Counted from the stretch's first letter, positions 29,030-39,884 are shown. The stretch: 64,000 nucleotides of DNA from Candidatus Nomurabacteria bacterium (GCA_943356525.1 CALRFG010000006.1:4024-68023), one strand, 5' to 3'. Made by a program: numbers and translations. The notes: generated from the letters alone by a model not told the origin.

Positions 29030-31513
29030 TTACACACCTATAACTGAAGCCAGACTGTCACCTTCTCTTAACTTCATAACTCTCACACCTTGTGTATCAC
29101 GACCTAAGTTTGGTATCTCTTTCAACTCACAGCGTATTACCTGGCTTTTTTTACTGATAGCAACTATCTCATCTAACTCTGGAGTTACAACTTGTGATGC
29201 AATAAGATCACCTGTTTTATCAGTAACTTTGAAAGTTTTTATACCTGAACCTCCACGACCTTGTATTTTATACTCTGAAAGTGATGTCTTCTTACCATAA
29301 CCGTTTGCAGAAACAGTTAATAACTCTGCGTCATCCTTAGAATCAAATCGAACTGGTATAGCGCCGATTATATATACTCCTTTATCTAGCTTCATGGCAC
29401 GAACACCACCTGCAGACCTTCCCATCTCCCTTATTTCATTTATAGAAAAACGTATAGATTGTGCATCAGTTGCAACTAATATCATACTGTCTTTTTCATT
29501 AACAAAAGAAGCCTCTATCAAACTATCACCTTCGTCCAATGATATAGATATGATGCCACTTCGTCTCACATCACGAAATGATGAAAGGTTTACACGTTTT
29601 CCTGTTCCAAGTTTTGTTATAAGCATCAAAGAAATATCATCAACTTTCTTAATCTCTTTTGGCATAGGTAATATAGATGTAACTTTTTCATCTTGAGCAA
29701 GTGAAAGGAAGTTCATGATAGATTTTCCTCTAGTTGCACGTTTTCCCTCTGGTATATCGTACATTTTTATCTGATAAGCCTTACCTTTGTCAGTAAAGAA
29801 AAGAAGCTCGTTATGCATTGTCGCTGAAATGAGATGTGTTATAAAATCTTCTTCTTTCACATCCACATCCACAACACCTACACCGCCTCTTTTTTGTTTT
29901 TTATACTCGTCGGGGTTTGTGCGTTTTACATACCCACCTGCAGTTAGTACAAGTACAGACTCTTGATCTGGTATAACATCTTCTACTCCAACATTTGCTA
30001 CACCCCCTTTTACAATACGAGTACGTCTTTCATCACCAAATTTTTCTTTTATAGCATCAGATTCGTCTTTTATAATAGTCAATATTCTTGAAGGATTTTT
30101 CAATATATCCTTAAGGTCTTTAATGATTAATTGCAATGCTTTCAACTCGTCTTCAATCTTCTTTCTTTCTAGAGATGCAAGTCTTGCCAATTTCATCTCC
30201 AATATCGCAGTTGTTTGTCGATCTGAAAACTTGAACTCTTTCATCAATGCTATATGGGCTGAAGGAGTATCTTTACTTTTCTTGATGATAGCTATAATTT
30301 CATCGATATGATCAAGTGCCTTTTTCAAACCAAGTAAAATATGCTCTCTATCTTCAGCTTTCCTAAGATCAAATTCCGTTCTACGTCTAATAACATTTTT
30401 TCTATGGCCGACAAAATTTTCAAGAGCTGATTTTATAGATAGAGTTTGAGGTACCCCATCTACAAGTGCAACAAGGTTGTAGTGAAATGTTGATTCAAGT
30501 TGTGTATGTTTATATAGATAGTTCAAAATATTCTGCGGATACATACCGTTCTTAAGCTCAATAACGATACGTATATCTGAGGTGGACTCGTCACGGATAT
30601 CTTTTATACCCTCGAGCTTTTTATCACGCACAAGGTCAGCTATAGCCTCTATAAGAGATGATTTGTTTACTCTATATGGTATAGAATTGATCACAATCTT
30701 TGATTGTCCTGCTTTTTCTTCGACTATCTCAGCCTCTCCACGTACAACAACACCTCCACGACCATGAGTACAGGCATGTTCTATATCTTTTTGGTTAAAT
30801 GCTATAGCTCCCGTTGGAAAGTCTGGTCCTTTTATAAATTGCATCAAATCAATAACACTTGCATCTGGATTGTCTACAAGGTGTTTTACAGCATCCATAA
30901 CCTCGTTCAAGTTATGAGGAGGAATGTTTGTAGCCATACCAACAGCAATACCTAAAGTACCGTTTAGTAAGAAGTTTGGAACCTGTGTTGGTAAAACCGA
31001 TGGTTCTTTTCTAGTCCCATCATAGTTTGGACGAAAATCCACAGTATCTTTATCCAAGTCAGCCAACAAGTTAAGTGATATCTTGTTCAACTTACTCTCA
31101 GTATAACGAGACGCGGCTGCAGGATAGCCATCTACGTTACCGAAGTTACCTTGCCCCCAGATCAGAGGATATCTCATGTTAAAATCCTGGACCATGTTCA
31201 CCATAGTTTGATATATAGCAGCATCACCATGAGGGTGATAGTTACCCATAGTTTCTCCGACCACTTTAGCTGACTTTTGAAACTTTGATGTAGGTAAAAG
31301 TCCAAGTCTACTCATAGCAAACAGTATACGTCTTTGTACCGGCTTTAAACCATCTCTTATGTCTGGCAAGGCACGATCTGTAATAACCGACATGGCATAG
31401 TCTATGTATGACTCTTCCATCTCGTCGACTATATTTCTCTGAATAACGTTCTGATGAGGTATAACTTCTACTTCTGTATTTTCATTGTCGTTTGACTTGT
31501 TTGACTTTGGCAT
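29030..31513 (-). CDS. gyrA: DNA gyrase subunit A
   Basis: [23 protein letters not shown], catalytic RYTE, GyrA-box QKRGGVG, beta-pinwheel repeats. Confidence 0.98.
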   Translation of the reverse strand: MPKSNKSNDNENTEVEVIPHQNVIQRNIVDEMEESYIDYAMSVITDRALPDIRDGLKPVQRRILFAMSRLGLLPTSKFQKSAKVVGETMGNYHPHGDAAIYQTMVNMVQDFNMRYPLIWGQGNFGNVDGYPAAASRYTESKLNKISLNLLADLDKDTVDFRPNYDGTRKEPSVLPTQVPNFLLNGTLGIAVGMATNIPPHNLNEVMDAVKHLVDNPDASVIDLMQFIKGPDFPTGAIAFNQKDIEHACTHGRGGVVVRGEAEIVEEKAGQSKIVINSIPYRVNKSSLIEAIADLVRDKKLEGIKDIRDESTSDIRIVIELKNGMYPQNILNYLYKHTQLESTFHYNLVALVDGVPQTLSIKSALENFVGHRKNVIRRRTEFDLRKAEDREHILLGLKKALDHIDEIIAIIKKSKDTPSAHIALMKEFKFSDRQTTAILEMKLARLASLERKKIEDELKALQLIIKDLKDILKNPSRILTIIKDESDAIKEKFGDERRTRIVKGGVANVGVEDVIPDQESVLVLTAGGYVKRTNPDEYKKQKRGGVGVVDVDVKEEDFITHLISATMHNELLFFTDKGKAYQIKMYDIPEGKRATRGKSIMNFLSLAQDEKVTSILPMPKEIKKVDDISLMLITKLGTGKRVNLSSFRDVRRSGIISISLDEGDSLIEASFVNEKDSMILVATDAQSIRFSINEIREMGRSAGGVRAMKLDKGVYIIGAIPVRFDSKDDAELLTVSANGYGKKTSLSEYKIQGRGGSGIKTFKVTDKTGDLIASQVVTPELDEIVAISKKSQVIRCELKEIPNLGRDTQGVRVMKLREGDSLASVIGV

Positions 31514-31581
31514 ATAAAAAAGATTATATCATATTCGACTTTATCTTTCCATAATAATATGAGATTATAGCCTTACATAAC

Positions 31582-32823
31582 ATGAATAATACAACAACAA
31601 TACTAAGTATAGAAACAAGCTGTGACGAAACTGGTGTATCTATAGTTCAATACAATAAAACTACACAAAAATACACTGTTTTGTCTGATTCTTTAAATAG
31701 CCAAGTGGAAATCCATAAAGAATTTGGTGGTGTATTCCCTATGGTTGCTAAACGTGAGCATGGTAATAACTTGACAGGACTCTTGACGCATTGTTTAGAG
31801 AATGTTGTGTCAATAGATGGGTCAAGTATTGATAAAAAAAACATAGATTTTGAGCTAATAAATCGTGAAAAAGAATTAACTGAAAAAATACAAACTGAGC
31901 TTGAAAATACATCTTCCTTACTTCTAAAAATTCCAGAGATAGATTATATCGCTGTCACACGTGGTCCTGGACTTGAACCCGCTCTTTGGGTTGGTTTAAG
32001 TTTTGCAAAATTTTTATCAAAACTTTGGCAAAAGCCGATGTTACCGATAAACCACATGGAGGGTCATATTTCATCTGTGCTTTTAGATACTGAATCAAGT
32101 CATATAGAATTTCCTTCTCTTGCCCTACTTATATCGGGTGGGCATACCGAGCTTGTAGATATAGAAAATTGGGGGAAATATAAGATCATTGGTAAAACAC
32201 GTGATGATGCAGTTGGCGAGGCATATGATAAAGCAGCTCGTATACTTGGATTGTCTTATCCTGGTGGACCGTTGATAGCAGCAAAAGCTAAAAAACTGAG
32301 AGAGAGTGCTGTAGAATCAGATATACAGTTTAAAAAAAATCAATTTCTTATAAAACTTCCTCGACCAATGCAACATAGTCAAGATCTTGATCTATCTTTT
32401 TCTGGACTAAAAACTGCTGTTCTTTATATGGTTAGAGATTTGAAAAAAAATCAAAGTGTTGAAAATCTCCCAGAAGAGATAATTGATCTTATATGCCATG
32501 AGTTTGAAAATTCTGTTTCAGAAGTTTTAATCAGTAAGTTAAACTTTGCAAATAAGTCTGGAAATAGAAAATACAAAAATCTCATTGTTGCCGGTGGTGT
32601 AATATCCAATGAATTTTTGAAAGAAAATATACAAAACTGGTGTTTAAAAAATAATATAAATTTTTTGAAACCTGAAAAATCTCTAGCAACTGACAATGCT
32701 GTAATGATAGCTTTGGCTGCAATAGTTGGATTGAATAATAAATATGTAAGTATAATAAATCCAAATGATAAAGCGTTTTTAGAAATAAAACCTGATGGAG
32801 ATTGGTCTTTAAATAATATATAA
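31582..32823 (+). CDS. tsaD: tRNA threonylcarbamoyladenosine biosynthesis protein TsaD
   Basis: IETSCDETG, GPGLEPAL, NHMEGH, SGGHTEL, TRDDAVGEAYDK, TDNAVMIA. Confidence 0.96.
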   Translation: MNNTTTILSIETSCDETGVSIVQYNKTTQKYTVLSDSLNSQVEIHKEFGGVFPMVAKREHGNNLTGLLTHCLENVVSIDGSSIDKKNIDFELINREKELTEKIQTELENTSSLLLKIPEIDYIAVTRGPGLEPALWVGLSFAKFLSKLWQKPMLPINHMEGHISSVLLDTESSHIEFPSLALLISGGHTELVDIENWGKYKIIGKTRDDAVGEAYDKAARILGLSYPGGPLIAAKAKKLRESAVESDIQFKKNQFLIKLPRPMQHSQDLDLSFSGLKTAVLYMVRDLKKNQSVENLPEEIIDLICHEFENSVSEVLISKLNFANKSGNRKYKNLIVAGGVISNEFLKENIQNWCLKNNINFLKPEKSLATDNAVMIALAAIVGLNNKYVSIINPNDKAFLEIKPDGDWSLNNI

Positions 32824-32931
32824 TTTTATTATGTATATTTATAAAGAAATATTACATACTTAAATTCTAAAAACATAATTAAAGTTTATAAAAAGCTTGC
32901 ACATCTTGTCTTAAACATTTAAAATAGATAC

Positions 32932-33462
32932 ATGAATAATACACGCAAATCATTTTTACAAAGATTAACTGGTAGCTTTCGCGAAGAAGACGAAGAAGCT
33001 ATAGAAAAGATGAGTCAAGTTAATCGTAGATCTTTTGGTAAACTGAGCTCAAAAAATATAGATATGGATGATGATGAGGAGGATGTTGATATAAATATAG
33101 AATTGGAAGATGGTGATGCACTTGTTACAGTTGAAGGTCAACTAGGAATTGATTTATTTGAAACACCGGTTGAAGTTATAGTTAAAACTATGATACCAGG
33201 AGTAAGAAAAGATGATATAGATATTTCTTTGTCTCGTGATATGTTGACTATAAGAGGTGAAAGAAAAGATGAGAAAACTATATCTGATGATGATTATCAT
33301 TATAGAGAATTATATTGGGGAGCATTTTCAAGAACTGTGCAGTTACCGCATGAAGTAGACATAGATAAGGCAGAGGCTACAGAGTCACAAGGTATGCTTA
33401 CAATAAGACTTCCGAGAATAGATAGAGAGCGAAAAGCGAGTTTGAAGGTTAAGGGTATGTAA
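32932..33462 (+). CDS. Hsp20/alpha-crystallin family small heat-shock protein
   Basis: IDLFET, PGVRKDDIDI, LTIRGER, YWGAFSRTVQLP, GMLTIRLP. Confidence 0.93.
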   Translation: MNNTRKSFLQRLTGSFREEDEEAIEKMSQVNRRSFGKLSSKNIDMDDDEEDVDINIELEDGDALVTVEGQLGIDLFETPVEVIVKTMIPGVRKDDIDISLSRDMLTIRGERKDEKTISDDDYHYRELYWGAFSRTVQLPHEVDIDKAEATESQGMLTIRLPRIDRERKASLKVKGM

Positions 33463-33473
33463 AACTCTCAAAG

Positions 33474-33510
33474 AAATAAAAAAACACCTTATGAAGGTGT
33501 TTTTTTATTT
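33474..33510. terminator. Bidirectional terminator after hsp20
   Basis: aaataaaaaaacacctt-atg-aaggtgtttttttattt. Confidence 0.75.
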
Positions 33511-33656
33511 AGTAAATTTTAGACCAGGATCTCGCCCTAAAAAATAACGTTTTTTACCCCTGGCTTTTCGTAAAAATCTGAAAGATTTTTACTTTACAAA
33601 GCATAACAAAAAATACAACAAACTTTCCTTGGTTGTTGTATTTTTTGTTGCGCTTT

Positions 33657-33831
33657 GTGCCAAGGGCCGGGGTCTCGGTCCTTACAGGACCAGTACACCT
33701 TTACGGTTTCCTCAAACTCTTGGATTTTTCGTAAACATCGTAAAGCTTTTCTCGCCCTAGAAATCCTTAGGATTTCTTCCCTGCATCAAAAAGAAAAAAC
33801 TGTGAAAATAATAATCACAGTTTTTTCTTTT
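33657..33831 (-). repeat. tRNA-linked structured element ending in a direct repeat of the tRNA-Phe 3' end
   Basis: gtgccaagggccggg at 33657-33671 and 33834-33848; core 33674-33750 homologous to 23384-23458. Confidence 0.85.
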
Positions 33832-33907
33832 TGGTGCCAAGGGCCGGGCTCGAACCGGCGACCCCATCCTCTTCAGGGATATGCTCTACCAACTGAGCTA
33901 CCTTGGC
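33832..33907 (-). tRNA. tRNA-Phe(GAA)
   Basis: Reverse complement gccaagg...ctGAAga...ttcgagc...ccttggcacca; 76 nt with CCA. Confidence 0.95.
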
Positions 33908-33916
33908 TTATTTCAA

Positions 33917-34159
33917 TTATTTTATAAAAGATCTTATGTCTGAAATCTGACCATACACCTTCATAAGTTCTTCTAAATAAGGCTTTGCATAGTAAAACGT
34001 TCCAAAAGTAAGACCTAATATAACAAGCCATTTCAATGATGAAAAAAGTATAGATAAGCGAGCTCTTCTTTGTATACTTTCCAGTATAAGTTGATTCTGC
34101 TTTAAAGTCTCTTCTATATTACTTAGACGAGCTAATATCGCATCATATTCTTCATTCAT
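33917..34159 (-). CDS. Small hypothetical protein (coiled coil plus TM)
   Basis: 80-aa ORF with a -10-like element just upstream of the ATG. Confidence 0.7.
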   Translation of the reverse strand: MNEEYDAILARLSNIEETLKQNQLILESIQRRARLSILFSSLKWLVILGLTFGTFYYAKPYLEELMKVYGQISDIRSFIK

Positions 34160-34194
34160 ATATAGATAGTAACAAAAATATGGTTTAAAATCAA

Positions 34195-34455
34195 TTATTC
34201 GTATAATTGACTATGTGTACCTATATCAATCAATATATACAGATTATCTATTTTCTTATAAACCAATCTATAATCACCAGTAATATTTATACTTCTATGA
34301 TCAGAATATTCACCTTTTAATGAGTGATTGTTTAATATAATAGCAAATTCATTTTCTTGAAAAAGAATAAATCTAGTCTTAAATGACTTAATAGGTTTAC
34401 TATCAAGTTTCTTTAAATTTTTCTTAAATTTAGTGAAAAAAGAAAAAGTTTTCAT
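34195..34455 (-). CDS. YafQ/RelE family mRNA interferase toxin
   Basis: NHSLKGEY, RSINITGDYRLVY, DIGTHSQLY. Confidence 0.88.
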   Translation of the reverse strand: MKTFSFFTKFKKNLKKLDSKPIKSFKTRFILFQENEFAIILNNHSLKGEYSDHRSINITGDYRLVYKKIDNLYILIDIGTHSQLYE

Positions 34456-34467
34456 TAATTAAATTAT

Positions 34468-34734
34468 TTATATAGATAACGCTTTAAATAATTCACTGGC
34501 AGACTTATGTTTTTTCATAGTACCTTTTTTGTATTCCATATCAGCTTCTTTTATAGAATCAACTAACCTTGTTGAAGGTTTATAAGCTAATGATACATTT
34601 ATTTCTTTATCTCTTATAAATTGACGAAGTAATATATTTGTAATCGTTCCAAGAGGAATACCCATAGCATCAGCTATTTTTTTAGCCTCATCTTTCATTT
34701 CTTTATCTATTTTTATATTGAGTATTGTTTTCAT
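34468..34734 (-). CDS. RelB/DinJ family antitoxin
   Basis: RHH start LNIKIDKEMKDEAKKIADAMGIPL; directly upstream of the toxin. Confidence 0.88.
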   Translation of the reverse strand: MKTILNIKIDKEMKDEAKKIADAMGIPLGTITNILLRQFIRDKEINVSLAYKPSTRLVDSIKEADMEYKKGTMKKHKSASELFKALSI

Positions 34735-34771
34735 ATATACCTAGTATATACCTAGTATATACACGGGTCAA
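34735..34771 (-). promoter_or_regulatory. TA operon promoter with repeated/palindromic operator
   Basis: TTGACC-17-TATACT ending 8 nt before the ATG; 11-bp tandem atatacctagt containing GTATATAC palindromes. Confidence 0.7.
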
Positions 34772-34777
34772 TACACC

Positions 34778-37057
34778 TTATTTTGTTCCAACCATCCTCA
34801 TCACATTGTCAATAAAGTCAGATTTTATCTTTTCATTTAACTCACGAAACGCGATAAGACCCTCTCTCTTATATTCAACAATAGGATCATGTTGACCTAT
34901 GGCTCTAAAGTTTACTGAAGTTTGAAGATGTGTCATGTTATCAAGGTGATTCATCCAATAATAATCATTAACTTGTAACCACAACTGTCTAGCTATCTTG
35001 TAGAGGTCATCTGTTTTCTTATTATCTTGAATATCATTTCCAGTCAACATTGTGTCAATCAAATCTTTCAATTCTTCCCCTTCGGCTAACAATATACTTT
35101 TTCTTTTACTGTAGATACTTTGTCTCTGCTGATTTAAAACATCATCAAATTCCAAAACTCTTTTTCTTGAATCAAAGTGAAAACCTTCAATCTTTTTCTG
35201 TGCAGACTCAAGTGAACGTGATACAAGTTTATGTTGTATGGCCTCATCTTCAGGTAAATTCATACGAGCCATCAAACCTTTTATTGTATTGTTTGCAAAC
35301 ACACGCATAAGTTCATCTTCAAGTGATACATAAAACTGTGTCTCACCTGCGTCTCCTTGACGTCCTGAGCGACCACGAAGCTGATTGTCAACACGACGAG
35401 AGTCATGTCTCTCTGTGCCGATAACATAGAGTCCACCTAGATCTTTTACTTCCTGCGCCTCTTCACTTGTTGCAGGTGTACCACCGAGTTTTATATCAAC
35501 CCCACGTCCAGCCATATTTGTGGCTATGGTTACCGCACCTTTTTTTCCAGCTTGAGCTATAGTTTCACCCTCACGCTCAGCCAATTCAGGTTTAGCATTT
35601 AAAAGATTATGCTTAACACCAGCAACTTTTAAATATTGTGATAGGAGTTCGTTTTTTTCTATAGAAATAGTACCAACAAGAACCGGTTGACCGTTCTGAT
35701 TTAATTCTTTTATCTTTTTCGCGATAGCTTTAAATTTTCCAAGCTCAGTCATAAAAATAAGATCATTTGCATCTTTTCTGGCTATAGGTTTATGAGTAGG
35801 AACAGAAACGACATCAAGTCCGTAAACTTTTAAAAACTCTTCACGTGACGTAAAACCTGTACCTGTCATACCTGAAAGTCTTTCATAAAGTCTAAATAGG
35901 TTTTGATAAGTTATAGAAGCCGCTGTTTTACTTTCTCTCTGTATTTTTACTCCCTCTTTTGCCTCTATAGCTTGATGTATACCGTCAGACCATCGGCGTC
36001 CTGGTTGCACTCTACCAGTTGAAGTATCGACAATAAGTACTTCATTATTTTTAATAAGATAATCTACTTCTTTATGATATATAGCCTGAGCTTTTATCGC
36101 TGTCTCAAGATGATGTATAAGTTTAATATTTTCATTGTTATACAGATTTTGTATACCTAGTTTTTTTTCAGCTAAGTTTATCCCTTCTTCTGTTATAAGT
36201 ATTGATTTAAATTTTTCATCATATATATAATGCTCATCTCTTTTAAAGCCTCGAACTATCGATGCAAAAGTTTTGTAAACATTATCAGACTCTTCGGCTG
36301 GTTGCGAAACTATAAGTGGACTACGTGACTCATCTATAAGTATAGAGTCAGCCTCATCAATGATGGCGAAGTAGTGATCTCTTTGTCTCAACTCCTCTTT
36401 AGAGTTAGCTATATTGTCAAATAAATAATCAAAACCAAACACAGAGTTTGTTCCATAAGTTATATCAGCTTCATAGGCCTCCTTTCTAGTCACAGGTTTT
36501 AAAAACTCATATTCAATTTTAAATGAACCTGTTTCATTTTCTTTTTTATCGTCATCTGCAGTTGTATGAGTTGGATCATATATAAAAGATTTATCTTGCA
36601 TGATAACTGAGGTAGATATACCCAGCAAATAATATATCTGACCCATCCACACTGCATCACGACCAGACAAATAATCATTCACAGTAACAACATGTACTCC
36701 GCGTCCAACGAGAGCGTTTAGATACGATGGTAAAGTCGCCATTTGTGTCTTACCTTCACCAGTTTTCATCTCAGCAACATTGTTGTCGTGCAAAATCATT
36801 CCACCAATAAGTTGTACATCATAATGACGTTGGCTTAGAGTTCTTTTAGCAGCTTCACGAACAAGTGCAAAAGCTTCTGGTAAATTTTCATCAAGTTTTG
36901 ATTTATTAGCACCTGTAAGATTTGCTTTTAAAGCTAATGATTTTTGTTTTAATTCAATATCAGTAAGCTTAGAAATTTCCTCTTCTAAACCATTGATAAT
37001 ATTAACTTTTTTCTGATATTTTTTGATAGGAGAACCTAACATGCTTAAAAATGACAT
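34778..37057 (-). CDS. secA: Protein translocase ATPase SecA (short; no C-terminal Zn motif)
   Basis: AEMKTGEGKT, HVVTVNDYL, IIDEADSILIDE, ATNMAGRGVDI, QLRGRSGRQGD. ATG at 37057 preferred. Confidence 0.97.
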   Translation of the reverse strand: MSFLSMLGSPIKKYQKKVNIINGLEEEISKLTDIELKQKSLALKANLTGANKSKLDENLPEAFALVREAAKRTLSQRHYDVQLIGGMILHDNNVAEMKTGEGKTQMATLPSYLNALVGRGVHVVTVNDYLSGRDAVWMGQIYYLLGISTSVIMQDKSFIYDPTHTTADDDKKENETGSFKIEYEFLKPVTRKEAYEADITYGTNSVFGFDYLFDNIANSKEELRQRDHYFAIIDEADSILIDESRSPLIVSQPAEESDNVYKTFASIVRGFKRDEHYIYDEKFKSILITEEGINLAEKKLGIQNLYNNENIKLIHHLETAIKAQAIYHKEVDYLIKNNEVLIVDTSTGRVQPGRRWSDGIHQAIEAKEGVKIQRESKTAASITYQNLFRLYERLSGMTGTGFTSREEFLKVYGLDVVSVPTHKPIARKDANDLIFMTELGKFKAIAKKIKELNQNGQPVLVGTISIEKNELLSQYLKVAGVKHNLLNAKPELAEREGETIAQAGKKGAVTIATNMAGRGVDIKLGGTPATSEEAQEVKDLGGLYVIGTERHDSRRVDNQLRGRSGRQGDAGETQFYVSLEDELMRVFANNTIKGLMARMNLPEDEAIQHKLVSRSLESAQKKIEGFHFDSRKRVLEFDDVLNQQRQSIYSKRKSILLAEGEELKDLIDTMLTGNDIQDNKKTDDLYKIARQLWLQVNDYYWMNHLDNMTHLQTSVNFRAIGQHDPIVEYKREGLIAFRELNEKIKSDFIDNVMRMVGTK

Positions 37058-37166
37058 GACTATATTTATAGCACAAATACTTATAAATATTAAGTCCAAT
37101 CAAGATAAAACAAAAGTACGTAGAAGGTTTGCTTTTACGTACTTTTATTTAGTGGGATAGAATGAT

Positions 37167-37301
37167 CTATCTTTTTTTTGTAACTTTTTTTACAGCTTTT
37201 TTAGGAGCTGCTTTTTTTACAACTTTCTTAACTGCTTTTTTTACAACTTTTTTAGGAGCTGCTTTTTTTACAGTTTTCTTTGCTGCTTTTTTTACTGCCA
37301 T
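37167..37301 (-). CDS. Histone H1-like Lys/Ala/Val-rich small basic protein (44 aa), not in ORF track
   Basis: MAVKKAAKKTVKKAAPKKVVKKAVKKVVKKAAPKKAVKKVTKKR; upstream promoter and downstream terminator (~37112-37146). Confidence 0.85.
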   Translation of the reverse strand: MAVKKAAKKTVKKAAPKKVVKKAVKKVVKKAAPKKAVKKVTKKR

Positions 37302-37718
37302 ATGTTTATTTTATTTTTAAAATTATTTGAAAATGATTATCGCGTGATGAAGTTCATGTTCGACAAACATATTCTTATCACGTACTTATATTATACACTA
37401 AATATTTTTTACAATGCAAATATTTTTTACTAAAAATAATTGTGGATAATTATTTTTTTTATTTTTAAGAAAAATTTTATAAAAAAATATTTTTTTGATG
37501 TTTATTTGAGAAAAATTTTATCTAGGTAGTTGTATGTTAGAAAAATTTTGTATAAATTTTTCTTGCCGAACCTGAGTAAAATAAAGAGCTTTGATATATC
37601 ATCATTATCCAAATAATCACTCCTGCTAAAGTGAAATAAAAAAAACAGTAAGCTTTCCTTGCTTACTGTTTTTTTTGAGCTTTCCTTTTCTTAGACAGCG
37701 GCTTTTTTTACTAAGGTT

Positions 37719-39884
37719 TTATTTGCTTGCGTTTAATATCTCAACTTTCTTTTCTGGCATTAATTCTACGATTTTATTTGCTATTATTTTTTTTGCTTTT
37801 TTAACTGTAAATTGATTCCAAAATTCTGCTTTAAGTATAAGATCATAATTATAATTTTTATAACCGTCTACCAGAGCTTGAGCTATGTCTGTAACACTTT
37901 TATTGTCATAGTTATTTTTTTTAGCAATCTCAGATAACACACCTATGTAGTAACCATACGAAGTAATGTTTTGTGGTGCATCTTCATATGCTTTTTTTAA
38001 TAAAGCCATTGTTCCATCTAGATCCCCTTTGTTCATAAGTATAATTGCTTTATTATATGCAAAACTTTGTTTTTCTGGTGAAAGTTTATACGCCCTATCA
38101 GCATAAACAAGTGCTTGATCTATGATACCAAGACTTCTATAAGTATTTGATACGAAATAATTATATCTTGCATCTTGATTTTTTTCTTTATCATATTCAT
38201 CAGTCAAATTTTTATATAGCACAGAAATATTTTGCTTTGTTGTACTGGAAACATTTTCTTGTGTCAAAATCTTTGGTAATAAAGTTGAAAGCTGTTCGAA
38301 AGCTTCAAACTTTCCTGAACCACCAAGTTCTAACACATCTTTAAAATCTTTATCTATGGTATTTGTAACACCTTTTGTTTGTAAACCCTTAAGTATACCT
38401 ATTAACTTTGTATTTTGAGTATAAGGTTTCAGTATAGTTTGATAACCAATATATGAAATAGCTATCAGAGAAATTATTCCTATTAAGATAATTTTATTTT
38501 TATCATCTTCAGTTAGGTTTTTATGTTCTATTTTTTCATTTCTGTCATGTGTATATCTATCATTTATATATGCCAGTATTAGGAAAAATAATACATAACT
38601 TGAAAGGTTGTCGAACACAAATATGTTATGGATAAAATACGCTGCCAATAGTCCAAGCCATACAGATCTCTCTATGATAGTAAGACCTGCACGCTTCGAA
38701 AATATAAAATACAAAGCTGTGACAAATAGAGACAAATACCCAAGTAGTCCTAGTACACCCGCTGCGGTCAACCAGTCCATAAACACATTATGCGATCTAT
38801 CAAACCACTGTTCTTGAGCATACATACCTGGATTGTAGTATTTTGCAAAAACATAACCAAAGTTATCTTGTCCCCAACCTAGAAGTGGTTTTTCTTTCAC
38901 ACCTTCATATGCCATGTGCCATATTAGAGTACGAGCTTCTCCTTGATTTTTCAAAACTGACTTATAATCTGTAGTTATAAGTGCTGCAAAACGATTTAGC
39001 TGATTTGAGTTTTTTACAAAATCAGATTGTTTGAAAATACCTAAAAACATAACTGAAACGACAACAGTAGTTAAGAATCCTATAGCTCCAAAACGGATGA
39101 TTTTATTTTTCTCCTTCCATGCAAGATAAACTGACGCAAGTATAAGACCTACAACCAATCCAACAAATGCTCCTCTAGTTCCTGTCTTCAATAGTATAAA
39201 TAGATTGAATGCAGCAACTCCTATATATAGAGCGATTGAAACCCAGTTATTTGTGTTTAGTTTTTTGGCCGACTTATGTTCACCAGACTCAAGAAGCTCT
39301 GCCTCCCTATTTCCTCTAAAAATCATAGCAGCTCCTAAAAGACCAAAAAATACATGTATAAGGGCATATACGCCCAAGTAAGATGAGTTACCTAGGTGGC
39401 CTGATATACGATCAGCTGCTCCAGTCGAATTACCTAAAGCCTGTATACCAATAAAAATAGATATGACTATTGATATGTTCAACAAATATATCCACTCGCG
39501 ACGTCTTATAGCAGAAGCGGAGATAATAAATAAACCCGCCATGTAAAGCATGGTTACCAAACCTTCCATACGTTCAAAATTTGACCATAGACTACGTGTA
39601 GGGTTTACACTGTTTAACATTGCTAAAAACAAAATAAACATAAAACCGCCCATAGCATATAGCATGACTGATTTTTTAGGACGAGAATCTTTATCAATAA
39701 GTGCAAGAGCAATATATGATACAGATGATAATGCAATCATAAGCCTCATAAAAATTGCTTTTCCGGTTATATATGGAAAGAATAATTCTCCAGAAAAAAT
39801 AAAAGGTGTTAATAATGTAGAGCCAATCAATATTATAGTGATAACTCTTAGTATTTTTTTAATGTCTTGTATTTGTGTATTCAT
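37719..39884 (-). CDS. O-antigen ligase (Wzy_C/WaaL/PglL-like) family protein with C-terminal TPR-like region
   Basis: Multi-TM; RISGHLGNSSYLG, TGTRGAFVG, EKPLLGWGQDNF, FDRSHNVFMD. Confidence 0.88.
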   Translation of the reverse strand: MNTQIQDIKKILRVITIILIGSTLLTPFIFSGELFFPYITGKAIFMRLMIALSSVSYIALALIDKDSRPKKSVMLYAMGGFMFILFLAMLNSVNPTRSLWSNFERMEGLVTMLYMAGLFIISASAIRRREWIYLLNISIVISIFIGIQALGNSTGAADRISGHLGNSSYLGVYALIHVFFGLLGAAMIFRGNREAELLESGEHKSAKKLNTNNWVSIALYIGVAAFNLFILLKTGTRGAFVGLVVGLILASVYLAWKEKNKIIRFGAIGFLTTVVVSVMFLGIFKQSDFVKNSNQLNRFAALITTDYKSVLKNQGEARTLIWHMAYEGVKEKPLLGWGQDNFGYVFAKYYNPGMYAQEQWFDRSHNVFMDWLTAAGVLGLLGYLSLFVTALYFIFSKRAGLTIIERSVWLGLLAAYFIHNIFVFDNLSSYVLFFLILAYINDRYTHDRNEKIEHKNLTEDDKNKIILIGIISLIAISYIGYQTILKPYTQNTKLIGILKGLQTKGVTNTIDKDFKDVLELGGSGKFEAFEQLSTLLPKILTQENVSSTTKQNISVLYKNLTDEYDKEKNQDARYNYFVSNTYRSLGIIDQALVYADRAYKLSPEKQSFAYNKAIILMNKGDLDGTMALLKKAYEDAPQNITSYGYYIGVLSEIAKKNNYDNKSVTDIAQALVDGYKNYNYDLILKAEFWNQFTVKKAKKIIANKIVELMPEKKVEILNASK

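Noticed and set aside
33655-33927. 90-aa ORF with a repeated CQGPGS motif
   Set aside because: The repeat is just the antisense translation of the tRNA-Phe 3' duplication.
37400-37620. Possible oriC (AT-rich, tgtggataa at 37441-37449)
   Set aside because: Only one perfect DnaA box, and no dnaA/dnaN nearby.
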